In this document: in pieces, positions 22,351 to 35,333 of the stretch
Numbering within the stretch: position 1 is the first letter of the stretch
How the letters are laid out: each line of letters begins with the position of its first letter
NCBI RefSeq assembly: GCF_018350175.1
Contig: NC_058373.1
Span: 115,198,001-115,262,000, forward strand
Length of the DNA: 64,000 nucleotides
Direction: 5' to 3'
DNA from: Felis catus
Taxonomy: Eukaryota
The notes under the pieces: generated by a model
Databases searched by the model: none
What the model was told of the DNA's origin: nothing
The model's input: the letters and a program-made list of their open reading frames with translations, nothing else
Made by a program: the position numbers and the translations under genes

Positions 22351-24087
22351 GATTCCTTTCAACCAACAGCTGTTCCCTGAGCATCTGCAAAGTGCCCACC
22401 AGTGCCGGAAGCTGGGCTGGCTGAGCTGACTAGCCGACCTGCTCCAACCTTGAGGTTTTCCCATGTGGTTCTGTAAGTCTTGTCACTGATCTGTGGCCTC
22501 CTGATTCACCCTGGACTCCTTAGCACCCAGAGGGTCAGTATTTCATTGATGTAGGACGAAGAAGGACAAGAGACAGGAAAGAAAGACTGCAGGAATGATG
22601 AGGAGGGGGACAACACAGGGGTAAAGGGGTGCAGAGCACATGACATTTGAGCTGGGTCTAGAAGCAATAGAAGTTTGCCAGGCAGGAAAGAGATAAGCAA
22701 GGGTGAGGGGCCTTCTAGGCAGAGCTGAAAGTGTGAGCCACGGCTCGAGGGATGACAGTGGCTGTGATGTCGGGGAGCGTGGGGGAGTCTGGTATGGTTG
22801 CAAACGAGGGTGTGTGGGTGGGGGTGTGCTGCCCAAGGGCCGTAGCCCAGAAGATGGTGACTCAATGGGGAGTCTCATGGCTTTAAATATTATCCTTGGA
22901 GGGTTTTTTTTTTCAATTTATTTTATTTATTTACTTAAATAATCTCTACACCTAACGTGGGCTCGAACTCACGACCCTGAGGTCAAGAGTCACATGTTTG
23001 ACCAACTGAGTCAGTCAGGTGGCCCCCACCTTGGAGGTTTTAAAGCCTGCTCTAGGTGTCATAATTACCAGTAGAGAGGGCAGCAGGCAGAGAGTCACGA
23101 CAGGCGGGGTCCAGAGGGCCTCCTCGATAAAAATTGAAATATAGTGGGGCTCAGTTGCTTGTGTCTGACTCCTGATTTCTGCTCAGGCTGTGATCTCACA
23201 GTTCGTGAGACTGAACCTCTCAGCGGGCTCTGTGCTGACAGTACAGAGCCTGCTTGGGATTCTCTCTGTCTGCCCATCCTCTGCTTTCTCTCTCTCTCTC
23301 TCTCTCTCAAAATAAATAAACTTAAAAAAATTGAAATGTAAATCTGCCCCCACTTTCTGGCAGCACTTAGTCCAAAATAAAACCATGTTGTTTTGAAACT
23401 TACCCAAAATACTTCACACAAGCCCCTGGCAGTACTTTACTGAGGTGTGCAAGCCACCCCATGGCAGCAAGTACCAAGAAACTGGATCTGTGTTAGTTTA
23501 CGTGTGTCCCTCACAGTCTGGCTGTGGGCATCACCGTAGTCAACGCCTCTAATCCCTAGTGTGCCGAGTGTTGTTAAAAATGAATGAATGTTTAATTTTA
23601 CCAAATGCCTCTTCTGCATCTATGAAGATGGTAACACATTTTTCTTTAATTCGGTAATATAATGCATTGTGCTGAATATTGATAGAAGTATTTGCTGTTA
23701 AACTATCCTTATATCCTTGCTAAACCCTACTTCATTGTGATAAGAGCATGTGGGAGCGTGTGTGTGTGCGTGTGTGTTAACTTTTTTTAACGTTTATTTA
23801 TTTTTGAGACCGAGACAGAGCACGAGCAGGGGAGGGGCAGAGACAGAGAGAAGCACAGAATCCAAAGCAGACTCAAGCCTCGGAGCTGTCAGCACAGACA
23901 TGGGGCTTGAACCCAGGAGCCATGAGATCCTGACCTGAGCCAAAGTTGGACGCTTGACCGACTGAGCCACCCAGGCACCCCTTAAAATACAGCAGTTTTG
24001 GGGAAGCCTGGCCGGCTTAGTTGGGAGAACATGCAACTCTTGCTCTCGGGGTCATGAGTTTGAACCTGGGTTGGGTATAGAGATTCC

Positions 24088-24131
<44 letters not shown>

Positions 24132-24741
24132 CTTTAAAAAATGTATACAGAAAAATAAATAAAATACAGCAGTTTTTAAAAAATTTTATGCATCTATATT
24201 CCTTAGTGAAAATGATCTGTAATTTTTCTTGTGCTTATTTGCTATCAGAACTATACTAACCCCATAAAACAAAATAGCTTGCTCACCCTTTTAAAATTTT
24301 CTGAAACACTTTGTAGGATATAGAGTTTATTGGTTTCTTTAAAACTTTTTTTTAACGTTTATTTATTTTTGAGACAGAGAGAGACAGAGCATGAATGGGA
24401 GAGGGTCAGAGAGAGAGGGAGACACAGAATCCAAAACAGGCTCCAGGCTCTGAGCTGTCAGCATAGAGCCCGACGCGGGACTCGAACTCACGGACCGCGA
24501 GATCATGACCTGAGCTGAAGTCGGACGCTTAACTGACTGAGCCACCCAGGCGCCCCAGGAGTTTATTCGTTTCTTAACAGTTGGATAAAGCTGACATATA
24601 AAATCATATGTGCCTGGTGTCTTTTTGATGGGAGATACTTTTGATTACCAGTTAAATTTCCTGAATGATTGTTGATTTAGTTAGGTTTTCTGTTTTACTA
24701 ATTTTGGTGGGTTTTTTTTTTTCTATGAAGTTACCATTTTA

Positions 24742-25467
24742 TTTTATTTTATTTTATTTTTTTAATTAACTTATTTATTTTATTTTTTTTGCAGTTTTAT
24801 ACCTTTATTTGACAATCAGCAGTTAGTTCTCATCCACATTAACAGTCTGTAGATTTTTGGGGCGCCTGGGTGGCTCAGTCGGTTGAGTGTCCGACTTCGG
24901 CTCAGGTCATGATCTCACAGTTCGTGGGTTCGAGCCCCGCATCAGGCTCTGTGCCGACCGCTTGCTCAGAGCCCGGGGCCTGCTTCAGATTCTGTGTCTC
25001 CTACTCTCTCTGCCCCTCCCCCATTCACGCTTTGTCTCACTCTGTTTCTCAAAAATAAATGTAAAAAAAAAAAAAAAATTAAAAAAAAAAAACAGTCTGT
25101 AGATTTTTGAAAGTGGTGACAGGTACATAGGTAACCAACGTACAGAGCTTGTTTGGTGAATCCTCATCCTTGTTACGTTTTCTGGTCAACCGCACATGGA
25201 TACGGTATGGAACATTCCTTGTTCCTTTGGCCCAGACAGCTTTGTTGAGCCTGGTGTCGATGCGCACATCTGGGGTTCCCGTCTCCTTCATAGCAAATTT
25301 CCGGATCTCTCTGAGTGCCCGAGGGGCATGCTTCTTCCAACCCACTCCATGGATGCACTTGTGAATGTTGATGGTGTAGTCTCTGGTTACTACCTCGTTG
25401 ATGGCAGAACGGCCCTTCTCTCCGTCCTTCTTTGCGGGAGCCACCCTGCCAGGCCCGGGTTGGAAAG
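24742..25467 (-). pseudogene. RPL31: RPL31 processed pseudogene, split by a SINE
   Basis: Intronless [28 protein letters not shown]...TTFKNLQTV (25444 down to 25091) resumes beyond the SINE as NVDEN* (TAA 24825-24823). AATAAA at 24809-24804 and an A-rich tail from 24790 downward. Start codon reads GTG. Degenerate TSD AG(T/C)TAC(C/T)ATTTTA at 24729-24741 and 25470-25482. Confidence 0.95.
24859..25090 (+). mobile_element. SINEC_Fc SINE inserted into the RPL31 retrocopy
   Basis: Perfect TSD AACAGTCTGTAGATTTTT at 24841-24858 and 25091-25108. Confidence 0.93.
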
Positions 25468-28400
25468 TGAGCTACTATTTTAATATATATTTTCGAATTT
25501 GTTGGTGTAAAGTGTTTTCGATTTTTAAAATTTTATTATCTGTAATCAGGTCTGTAATTATATTTCTCAATTCCTAAAATTTGTTTAAACTTGTGTGACT
25601 TTGTCTTTTACCTTGAGCAGTATCACCGGAAGTTGATCTGTTTCCTTAGTTTTGTTTATTTTACTCAGATTTATTAACATATCATTTACATACAGTAAAA
25701 TGTGCTCCTTTTTAGTTTTTAGTTTTGACACTCATACGATCGTGTAACTGCCAAAAAAAAAGAAAATCATGTAAGTACTGCCACGATCAAGAAATGTTCC
25801 ATCTTCCTCCAAAATTCCTCTGTTTTTCTTTGTAGCCAGCCCCTCCCCTGCCCCGGCTCCTAGTAACCACTGACCCGTTTTCTGTCTTTATAGTTTTGCT
25901 TTTTACAGAATGTCATATAGGGGTGCCTGGGTGGGCTCAGTTGGTTGGGCATTGGACTCTTGATCTCAGGTTTGTGAGTTCAAGCCCAGTGTTGGGCTGT
26001 GTGTTGGGCTCTGCAAAAAAAAAAAAAAAAGCAAAAACTAAAAAGTGCACTTTCAGAATGTCATATAAATAGAACCATAGATGACTTACTTTTTGAGACT
26101 GGTTTCTGTTTAGCATAATGCATTTGATTTTATCCACATTGTTATGTGTATCAATAAGTCCTTCCTTTTTGTTGCCAAGTAGCATCCCATCAGATGGCTG
26201 TTCCAGTTTGTTTATTCATTCGCTAGTTGAAGGACCTTTGGGTTGTTTCCATTGTTGACTAGTGACATTGAGTATCTTTTCATGTGCTTCTTTGTCATCC
26301 AGTTATCTTCTCTGATAAAGTGTTCAAAGTTTTTGCCCCTTTAAAAAATGTGGTTGTTTTCTTTGTTTTCTAATTAAGTTTTCAGAGTTATTTTCTATTG
26401 TAGACACAGGTCTTTTGTCGATGTGCGTTTTGCACATGTTTGCTCCATTTTATTTTTTTAATTAAAATTTCTTACTTTTTTTAATTAAAAATTTTTTTAA
26501 TATTTATTTATTTTTGAGAGAGAAAGAGACAGTGTGAGCGGGGAGGGGCAGAGAGAGGGAGACACAGAATCTGAAGCAGGCTCCAGGCTCCGAGCTGTCA
26601 GCACAGAGCCCGACACGGGGCTCAAACTCACTAACCTCAAGATCATGACCTGAGCCGAAGTCAGACGCTTGACCAACAGAGCCACCAGGCCCCCTGTTGC
26701 TTTTTAATTTAATTGCATTGTATTTAGTAGAGACAGTCGTTAGTCCAACAGGTTATTTGAAATACATTGAGATTTTCTTTGTGATCTTATAACTGGTCGA
26801 TATTTGTGGTGCTCTTTGATATTTGAAATAATGTATGCTATTTTTTGGTGCAAGTTTCTATATCCAAGCAAAAATACTTTGAATGGTGCTCAGCACCTAA
26901 GTTCTCAGTAACTATGAGCTAACAGTACTACTATCTTCCAACATGCTTACACTTTTTTTCTGCACGATCTATCCATATATGATAGAGGCTGTTAGAATCT
27001 GCCACGAGGCTTAGGGATTTGTCTATTTCTCCTTGTCACGATGGCTGTTTTTGCTTTCCACAACTTGAGGCCATTTTATCAGTTGTGTGTTCCTGCATAA
27101 CAAGTAACCCCCCCAAACTGAATGGCTTAAAACAACAATATAATCTCACAGCTTCTGAGTCTGAGATTCAGAAACGGCTTAGCTTGGTGGTTCCGGTTTG
27201 GGGTCTCTCTGTGGGGCCGCTGTCCTCTGCAGGTGCGGCCCAGGGCTGGAGGGCTGGTTCCAAGCTCACTCCCGTGGTTGGCAGCTTGGTGTGGTCTCTC
27301 TCCCTGCCCAGACCCCTCCTGGGCTGCTGGAGTGTCCACATGGCACGGCTGCGGGCTTTCCCCAGAGCGGGCGATTATGTGCAGGGCAGAAGCTGCGAGG
27401 TCGTGTCTGATGCGGCTTCGGAGGCCACATTCCGTTACTTCACCACACGCTCGTCATTAGAAGTGACTTGCTAAGCTCAGCCCATTTTCAAGGCGGAGGA
27501 GTGAGGCTCCATCTTTTGAATGGAGGAGGGTTAAAGAATCCGTGTGCATATTTAAGGGACTCAGCTATGTTATTCGATCTGCCAAGGTTTATGATGTCCT
27601 CTTTTCTTAATGGCATATTCTTTTATTATGTGCTCTTCCCCTTCATCTATTATTCAGGTTTTTTTAAATACCATATGGTTTATTTGTCTCTGTTATGCTA
27701 CTAAGCCACCCTTTCATCCCTTTATTTCCAATTTCTTTGTTTTTGGTCTTTGTTTTGGTTATTTCCAATTTCTTTGTTTTGTTGTAGGTCTCTTTCATAA
27801 GTAGAATTTTATTGGATTTTTAGGACTTTGATGCGATAAATTCTTTCAATATCTGAGTTTATTATGTTTATCTTTCTTACAATTATTAATACATTTGGGT
27901 TTATTTCCACTGTCTCATTTTGTATTATCTTTTTAACGTTCTTCCTCTTTATTTCATTCTACTTTCATTTGGATTGAAAATGCTGCCAATTTTCTATAAT
28001 CTCTATTTTTTTTTCTTGTCTAGTTGGAAAACCATGAGATTGTATTTCCATTCTTTTAGAGGTCACCAAACTTTTTCTTTAAAAAAATTTTTTTTTAACG
28101 TTTATTTATTTTTGAGACAGAGAGAGACAGAGCATGAGTTGGGGAGGGTCAGAGAGAGAGGGAGACACAGAATCTGAAAGAGACTTCAGGCTCTGAGCTG
28201 TCAGCACAGAGCCCGACACGAGGCTCGAACTCATGGACCTTGAGATCATGACCTGAGCCCAAGTGGAACGCTTAACCAACTGAGCCATCCAGGTGCCCCA
28301 ATCACCAAACTTTTTCTTAAAAAATTGAAGTTATTATCTCCACTACCCCCCCCCAAAATATTTCCTAGACTTTTGCCTCTCTTTAGATTTTAAAGTCTCT

Positions 28401-28992
28401 TTTGTCATACATTTCTAATTTTATTGCTTTGTTATCAAAGAATATAGTCCGAATGGTAAGGATCCTTTGGAATCTGTAGATTTATGAGCTTACCATATTG
28501 TTTTAAATGTTGCATCTCTCAAAAAGAATGTGTATTTATTTGTTCCAGGTATGAGGGTTATAGACATCTAATAGCTCAGTCTTATCAATTATGCTGCTTG
28601 ACCATGGAGGAGGGTGATAATATTTCAAACCACAATTGTCGGCCTACCTATTTCTCCCTGAAGTTTTGTCAGTTGCGGCTTACCCTATGCCAAGATGCCC
28701 CCCTGCACTATCACAGACACATGTTATATTGATTTCTCGGTGTGTTTCTTTAATGTTAATGCCAAGCTCTGTTCTCACTGGTTCCATGTGGATAGTTTGT
28801 TGCTCAGATACATAGTCCTCTTTCAGATTACAATAAAAACGTTGGTAGAAGTTAGAAATGGATCCGGGCTCATACATTTGTTAGAAGCTTAGAAATGGAT
28901 TCGGTAATGAGGGACACCTGCTTCAGAGCATTTGAACAGCTTTCTGACATCTGTGACCGGTCTCACCTCTAGAGATTGCGTGCAATGCAACT

Positions 28993-29011
28993 CGACCACT
29001 GGGTGGCGCAC
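28993..29011 (+). promoter_or_regulatory. Putative CTCF site (forward orientation)
   Basis: CGACCACTGGGTGGCGCAC, one mismatch to the core, with a TGCAAT upstream-module-like sequence at 28981. Confidence 0.5.
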
Positions 29012-29439
29012 TAAGCATATACTTCGGTGCTCCCTTCTACTCGTCCTCCTCCGGCAAGAAAAGATCCGGTGATAAATGTAAGGGGGGGGGGGGGGGGGGT
29101 CCGTGAAAATGAGAGGTCTGAATCCAACAGTGTGTGTGCGTGTGCGTGTGTGCCTGCACCAGGAACTTATAGTAACAGAATATGAGAGTTGTTTTGTTTT
29201 TTTTTTTTTGTTTTTTTTTTTTAGCAGAGATAATCCAGAGGATACAACAAATGGACTGGTTCATTGGTTCATGTGCTTGCTCATTTATTCATTCAATCGG
29301 AAATATTTCTTCATGTTTTTTCCCTTTTTGTAAAACAAAACAAGCAAAAATGTATCCAAACGTTGAAGAAATTAAAAAGTACTTCATCTATTGTTTCCTT
29401 CTGTAATGTCATATTTATGTTTTTTTACGTTTTATTTTA

Positions 29440-29800
29440 AATTTCACAAAAAGGATTTTATATCTCTACTACTGAGCAATGTGATGCATTGCTTTAGTTG
29501 TTGAAACAGAAAAATACTGAGTCGTTATGTTTATGTTATCACCCCCACCACCCTCACACTGTTGTTCACTTGGTACACTTCTAATTTGTTGCATGCAGCC
29601 GCTTTGAACCATCATTATAAAGATTTTATTGCCATGTTGAAAATGCTTATAATATGGCAGGCAACAAAAAGAAGGCATAAAAATAGAAGATTTCCTGTCA
29701 TTAGAGCCATGTAGAGATATGTGCACATATGGTTGGAGGCTGGCAGTGGATGATGGAGAAATAAACATGTGGTTTTCTTAGGAGACTGGATCTGTGTATG
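29440..29800 (-). mobile_element. Possible Tigger/pogo transposase remnant
   Basis: Minus strand reads TCLFL/PSSTASLQP across a 1-nt frameshift, then PYYKH and KAMHHIAQ. The order resembles the pogo DDE motifs FLPPNTTSxxQP, AYY and DAIxxIAxAW. Confidence 0.4.
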
Positions 29801-32800
29801 GTTTTTCTCTGTTACAAATCATACATTCTTGGCGTGCCTGGGTGGCTCAGTCGGTTAAGTGACCGACTTCAGGTCATGATCTCACGGTTTGTGGGTTCGA
29901 GCCCCGCGTCGGGCTCTGTGCTGACAACTCGGAGCCTGGAGCCTGCTTCGGATTCTGTGTCTTCCTCTCTCTCTGCCCCTCCCTCTGCTTGCAGTCTGCC
30001 TCTCTCTCTCTCAAAAATAAACATACATTAAAAAAAAATAAAAACAAATCATACATTGTTGCTATAATAATTTGATAAGGAGTAAAAAGTTGAAATCAAA
30101 TATATATATATATATCAATACTCTTTATGTATCAATATAATTGATATACAAAGTTTAACACAAGAAAAACTTCACTATGTTTCTCTTCTGGCCATTCTTA
30201 TTATTTGTTTCCTTCCACGATTCTTGAGGAAAATACTTGTTGTAGCAAGAAGGATGCTGTTAAACACTGATCTGCTCTGATGGTCAGATGTCCTGGGTCT
30301 GCTGCTGGGGGCCACCTGGGTTTCTCCTCTGCCAACTGGGACTAAGAAGGACAGGACTGTGTGAGGGTTAAGTTAGCGATTTGCATTCATTAGTTGAAAT
30401 AATCACTTTACATTTATTCAAACTTAAATGCATTAAATTAAGAAAGCCTGCCAAAGCCGAGGGGCGCATCTCCCGTTTGAAAGCATGAGTCAGAGACCTT
30501 TCTCCGAATGGCAGCCTGTAGCTGAAGCCACCTGCGGGAGGGTGGAAACAAGGACGGCTTTGTCGCTGGTGCCAGGGGTGGGTGGCGGGGGCGGCACCTC
30601 CTGCCCCCCCCCCCCCCCCCCCCCCCGGTCGCACTCCCTGCAGCTGTCCCAGCAAAGGTGCTGGGTTGTCCGCCACCTGGGGCCTGGAAACACCAGGAGA
30701 ACTAACTCCCTGTGTCCTACAGCTTGGAAGTCGAAGCCGGAAAGGAAGGACAAAGGTGCAGGTTTCAGAGGAGGAATGGCTCAGGGAAGCATCTCCCTTC
30801 TGGACAGAGACGGGTCTGGGCAGGGGGTTGCCTGTTGGTTTTGGCCAGGTGGGCTGGGCGGGGCCTTCGGGTTTCCCACCCAGTTATTTCATTGGCCATG
30901 TTGTCCTCCCTCTGCCAGATCCAGCCAGGTTCACCGGGCTTCTCCCGAGGGAAAGCCGGTGTGGGGTTCTGCTCCCAGGACTTCTGGTCCCCACCAGTGC
31001 CACCTTCACGGAGAGCTTCCCTGCCCTCTGCACACGGCCCATATACGCGCTTCTCCTCACCCTGAGAATGGAGAAAGCCCGTTTTACAGATGAGGAAACC
31101 GAGGCAGCTTTATTATCTACCGCGTAGGGAACACCCTCAACCAGAAGAGGTTCCTTTCTGTGGTACAAATAGTTTCTTGTTCTGGAAAACACAAGCAGCA
31201 CAGTCATTGAATCATTAGGAGCGGGAGCCTTGGTTTGAAGAGGAAGGATTCAGTATGTCACTGGTTAGACTGTGAGCTCCCTAAGGAGGAGGACCGGCTG
31301 GCTCATCTCTGCCCCCCAGGGTTCAAAACAGTAGCTGGCTTGTCATCCTTGGGAATTAAGAGGGAACAGTCACCACCATTATGTCGGAAATTGTACGCGA
31401 GCACTTCTGCGCATTCCTGCAAAGCGGTGCTCTCATGATTCCCTACTACAAGTGGGCAACTGGGGTCTAGAGAGGTCAGATGGTTCACCTAAGGTTAGTA
31501 AGGGGCCGAGGCCAGAACTGCATCTTTCACAAGCATCCGGGCTGATTATGGAATAGGTGTTCCCCCACTTTGACAAATACTGTCTTAAGGGAGGGTGCGG
31601 TGGGAACCTGCGAGGTTTTTCCCCCAAGTCAGGAGGATGGTCTTGAGCCTCGTTTGACCACAGTTGGGTCCAGTGGTCCCAACCCTTAGGCAAGGCTGGT
31701 GGCCTGGGGTCAGGAGCTACAGTTCCTCCTCCTAGCTCCCTGACTAGCAGCTGTGTGACTTTGGGTCAGTTACTCACCTTCTTTGGCCCTGAATTTCTTT
31801 CTCTGTACAATGAGAGGACTAGGCCAGGTCAGCCATTCTTGAGCCTTCTTGACTGCCCTTCACTGTAATCATACATCTTACACTGTACCTACGGTGTCCT
31901 TTGAGAGCCTAGAATCTTCTCTCATGCTCACTCTTCCATTCTAGTTCATTAAAAATAAAGTGATCTCAAGAGCCACTAGTAGGTGGAGACCCACAGTTTG
32001 GAAACCTCTGGACTAAATGGCCTCCTGACATTCTGTGGATCTATAACCAAGGGTCCTGAGCTCAAATCCCTGGGGCCAGGCAGTGGGGTGAAGGAATGAT
32101 CAGTGGTTGGAGGGGGTGGTGACTTGGTCAGTACCCACAGCCAACCAGTTGGAAGGCATATCTCCAGACGCTTTTATTTATTTTATTTTATTTTATTTTA
32201 TTTTATTTTATTTTATTTTTTTAAAGACTTTAAAAAAGTTTATTTTCTTACTTTGAGGGGGGAGGTGGCAGAAGGAGAGAGAGAGAGAATCCCAAGCAGA
32301 CTCCACACTATCAACACAGAGCCCAACTCAGGGCTCAATCTTACAAACCATAAGATCACCACCTGAGCCGAAATCAAGAGTCAGACAGTCAACTGACTGA
32401 GCCATCCAGGCACCCCAATAACTTTGGTTTTAGATAAAATATTAGGAATTTATTACTTTGGTTTTTAAATACTGCACAAGCAAAATAAAACGGAAGGAAG
32501 CAAAACCAAAAAACATGCAAAAAAGCCCGTAGGGCCAGAAATTTTAGTTCTGTGTGTAGATGATCAATCCTTGTTTTCTTTGCTGTTGTTGTTTGTTGGT
32601 GCGTTTTCGCCTTTGCCGGCCTGTCCTACAACAAATTAACAAATTAACCAAAAACGCTCCCTGCGAAAACATTCTCCACCTCATCCCCATCGCGGAGCAT
32701 GGAACACCCTGGGGACACCAAGGGCCTGCCTCCAGCAGGTGCACTGTAGGCAGCTGCTCCCAGAGGGCCCGGTGCTGATGACAAAGAGGCCAGGGCATCC

Positions 32801-33246
32801 AAAGCCTGAGCGAGAGGCAGGAGGAAGCCAGCCACGCGGTTCTCCAGGAAAGGGACCAGGCGTTTGCACAGAGCAGCGGGCTCCCCCTCTGCTTCCCCTC
32901 CGCAGTGCCCTCTGCCTCCGGGTCTGTCACCTTACAGCAGCTTTTCTAGAGTGAGTCCTGCCCTAGATCTCCTTATCGGTCTCCTTGTCCACGCTGGCTG
33001 CTCACCTCACATGAACTTGAGTATCCGTCCATCTCTGCAGCCCTGGGGTACAGTCTCAACTGAAGACAGCTGTCCCATGCTTCGAAACCTTTTGCAACCT
33101 ACTGTTCACCTGCTCAGGGTGGTGTTTCTGGTTTTGAAGAAAACATCCCAAGGAGGAAGAAAAAACTACCAGGTCTTCGAACACTGCAAATCCAATTCAT
33201 AAATGATAAGCAGTCACTTAAAATCACAGTGCCAAAACCTATTTGA

Positions 33247-34032
33247 GGGGCGCCTGGGCGGCTCAGTCGGTTAAGCATCCGTCTTCGGCTCAGGTCGTGA
33301 TCTCACGGTTCGTGAGTTCAGGCCGTGAACCCGGCTCTGTGCTGACAGCTCAGAGCCTGGAGCCTGCTTCGAATTCTGTCTCCCTCTTTCTCTGCCCCTC
33401 CGCACCCTTACACTCTGTCTCTCTCTCTCTCTCTCTCTCTCACAAAAATAAACATTAAGAAAAATGTTTAAGAACCCCAAAATCTATTTGAGTATGATGT
33501 TTGTGGTATATTCTTGCTAAGTGAAAAAAAAAAGTTATAACCCTGCCAACAGAGTGATCCTAATTTTGGGGTGCCTGGGTGGCTTAGTCAGTTAAGTGTC
33601 CAACTCTTGATTTCTGCTCAGGTCACAATCTTGAGGTTCATGGGTGAGCCCTGAGTCGGGCTCTGTGCTGATGGTGTGGATCCTGCTTGGGATTCCCTCT
33701 CTCTCCCTCTCTCTCTCTCTGCCCCTACCCCACTTGTGTGTGCTCTCTCTCCCAAAATGAATAAATAAACTTTTTTAAAAATGTTAAAAAAAAAAAAAAG
33801 TGATCCTAGTTTTTTGTTTGTTTTTTCTAACGTTTATTTATTTTTTGAGACAGAGAGAGACAGAGCATGAACGGGGAGGGTCAGAGAGAGAGGGAGACAC
33901 AGAATCCGAAACAGGCTCCAGGCTCCGAGCTGTTGGCACAGAGCCTGACGCGGGGCTCGGACTCACGGACCGCGATATCGTGACCTGAGCTGAAGTCAGA
34001 CGCTCAGCCGACTGAGCCACCTGGCCGCCCCC
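33247..34032. mobile_element. Cluster of three SINEs (+, +, -)
   Basis: Heads at ~33247 (+), ~33567 (+) and ~34032 (-). Confidence 0.85.
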
Positions 34033-35333
34033 AGTTTTGACTTGACAAAAGAACACACACGTAGGGAGAAAGCCAGAAAAAATGCCAACACGTTGGTGAC
34101 ATATGCGGGGTCTGCTTGTGGAGATATTTGGATTCTTCTTTGTAGAGTTGGTTTTTTTTTTTTTTCTGATGAGATGCGTGTGGAAAAATAAGCAGTTTGT
34201 TTAAAATGAATTAAGACACTCAAAATAAATAAAATGTTATGTTATTAACCCCAGTGTCACTGCACTTGAGAGCAAGAAGGGCAACCAGGTGCTCCCGTCA
34301 GAGAAAGAAGGTCATGGAGCCGGAAGAACCCGTCTGACAAAGACACTGGAAACGACTTTGTTTCCTCAGGTGCAAAGGAGAGTGGAGGTGGGGGGTCCAG
34401 GTGGGGGTGTTGGAGAGGAAACAAAAGAGCCAACAGAACCTGGGGAGCCTTTGATAGTCTGTGTGCGTGTGTGTGCACGTGCGCGTGTACGTGCACACAT
34501 AAGTGGTCTGGGCAAGTGACTCTGATCTAGTGCGGCAGGGTTGACACGTGTGCTTGGCTCCTGATAAAGTAAGGTTCTCTTCCCCCAAGGAGCCTTTAGG
34601 CAAATTGTACATGAAAAACAAAACACGGTCCAGAAGTGACACCTTGACGGCAAAGACAGAATTCTCGGAAAAGGAGAGCAGCCGGGGCACCCGGGTGGGT
34701 CAGTCGGTTAAGCTTCCAACTCTGGATTTCGGTTCCGGTCGTGATCTCACGGTGCAGTGCGAGGACGGAGCCCTGCCTCCAGCTCTGCTGGAGCCTGCTT
34801 GGGGTTCTCTCTCTCCCTCTCGCTCTCTGCCCCTCCCCCACTTGCACTGTCTCTCTCTCTCCCTCCCTCTCTCTCTCTCTCTCTCTCAAATAAATGAATT
34901 AAAAACAAAAAGAAAGCAGCGATCATTCATAAAAAGACAACCTCTGCTGTGGACAGTGTTAGAACATGGCAAGTCCTGCCCCAGGAGCCTTGGCGATGCT
35001 TCTTTAAGGAGCAATCCAGCGTGGGCTAAGATTTCAGTTAAAAACTGTCCCCCTTTAAATTGGCAGCAGCCTGTGTGGCAGAAGGAAAGGAACGGTCTCA
35101 CAGGAAACGTGGAAGAATAATGCTAATGCAAACACCAACGCTAATACGAACACCGATCCTAATACTAATAACAGCAGCTACATTTGTTGGGCCCTTATTA
35201 TGCACCAGGCACTTTGCATGTATGATCTCACTTAACTCTTGTTATGACTATGAGCCATAAAAATCGATGGCGATATTATTTAACGTCAAGACACAGGGCT
35301 GAGAAATCTTATTCTCTAAAATCATAGACTATC

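Larger units (their letters stand above)
23575..28800 (-). mobile_element. Highly decayed ancient L1 (ORF2 region) with multiple nested insertions
   Basis: T-rich + strand; aaatgcctcttctgcatctatgaagatg...aactatccttatatcc resembles antisense L1 ORF2. Interrupted by SINEs, the RPL31 retrocopy, an L1 3' fragment (~25660-26450) and an MLT1-like piece (~27085-27560). Boundaries approximate. Confidence 0.55.

Noticed and set aside
25079..25444. RPL31-like ORF as a functional gene
   Set aside because: No introns, poly(A) remnant, GTG start, multiple substitutions and a SINE interrupting the C-terminus.
32726..32746. CTCF-like CCAGCAGGTGCACTG
   Set aside because: Lacks one G of the GGC core; better explained as an E-box.
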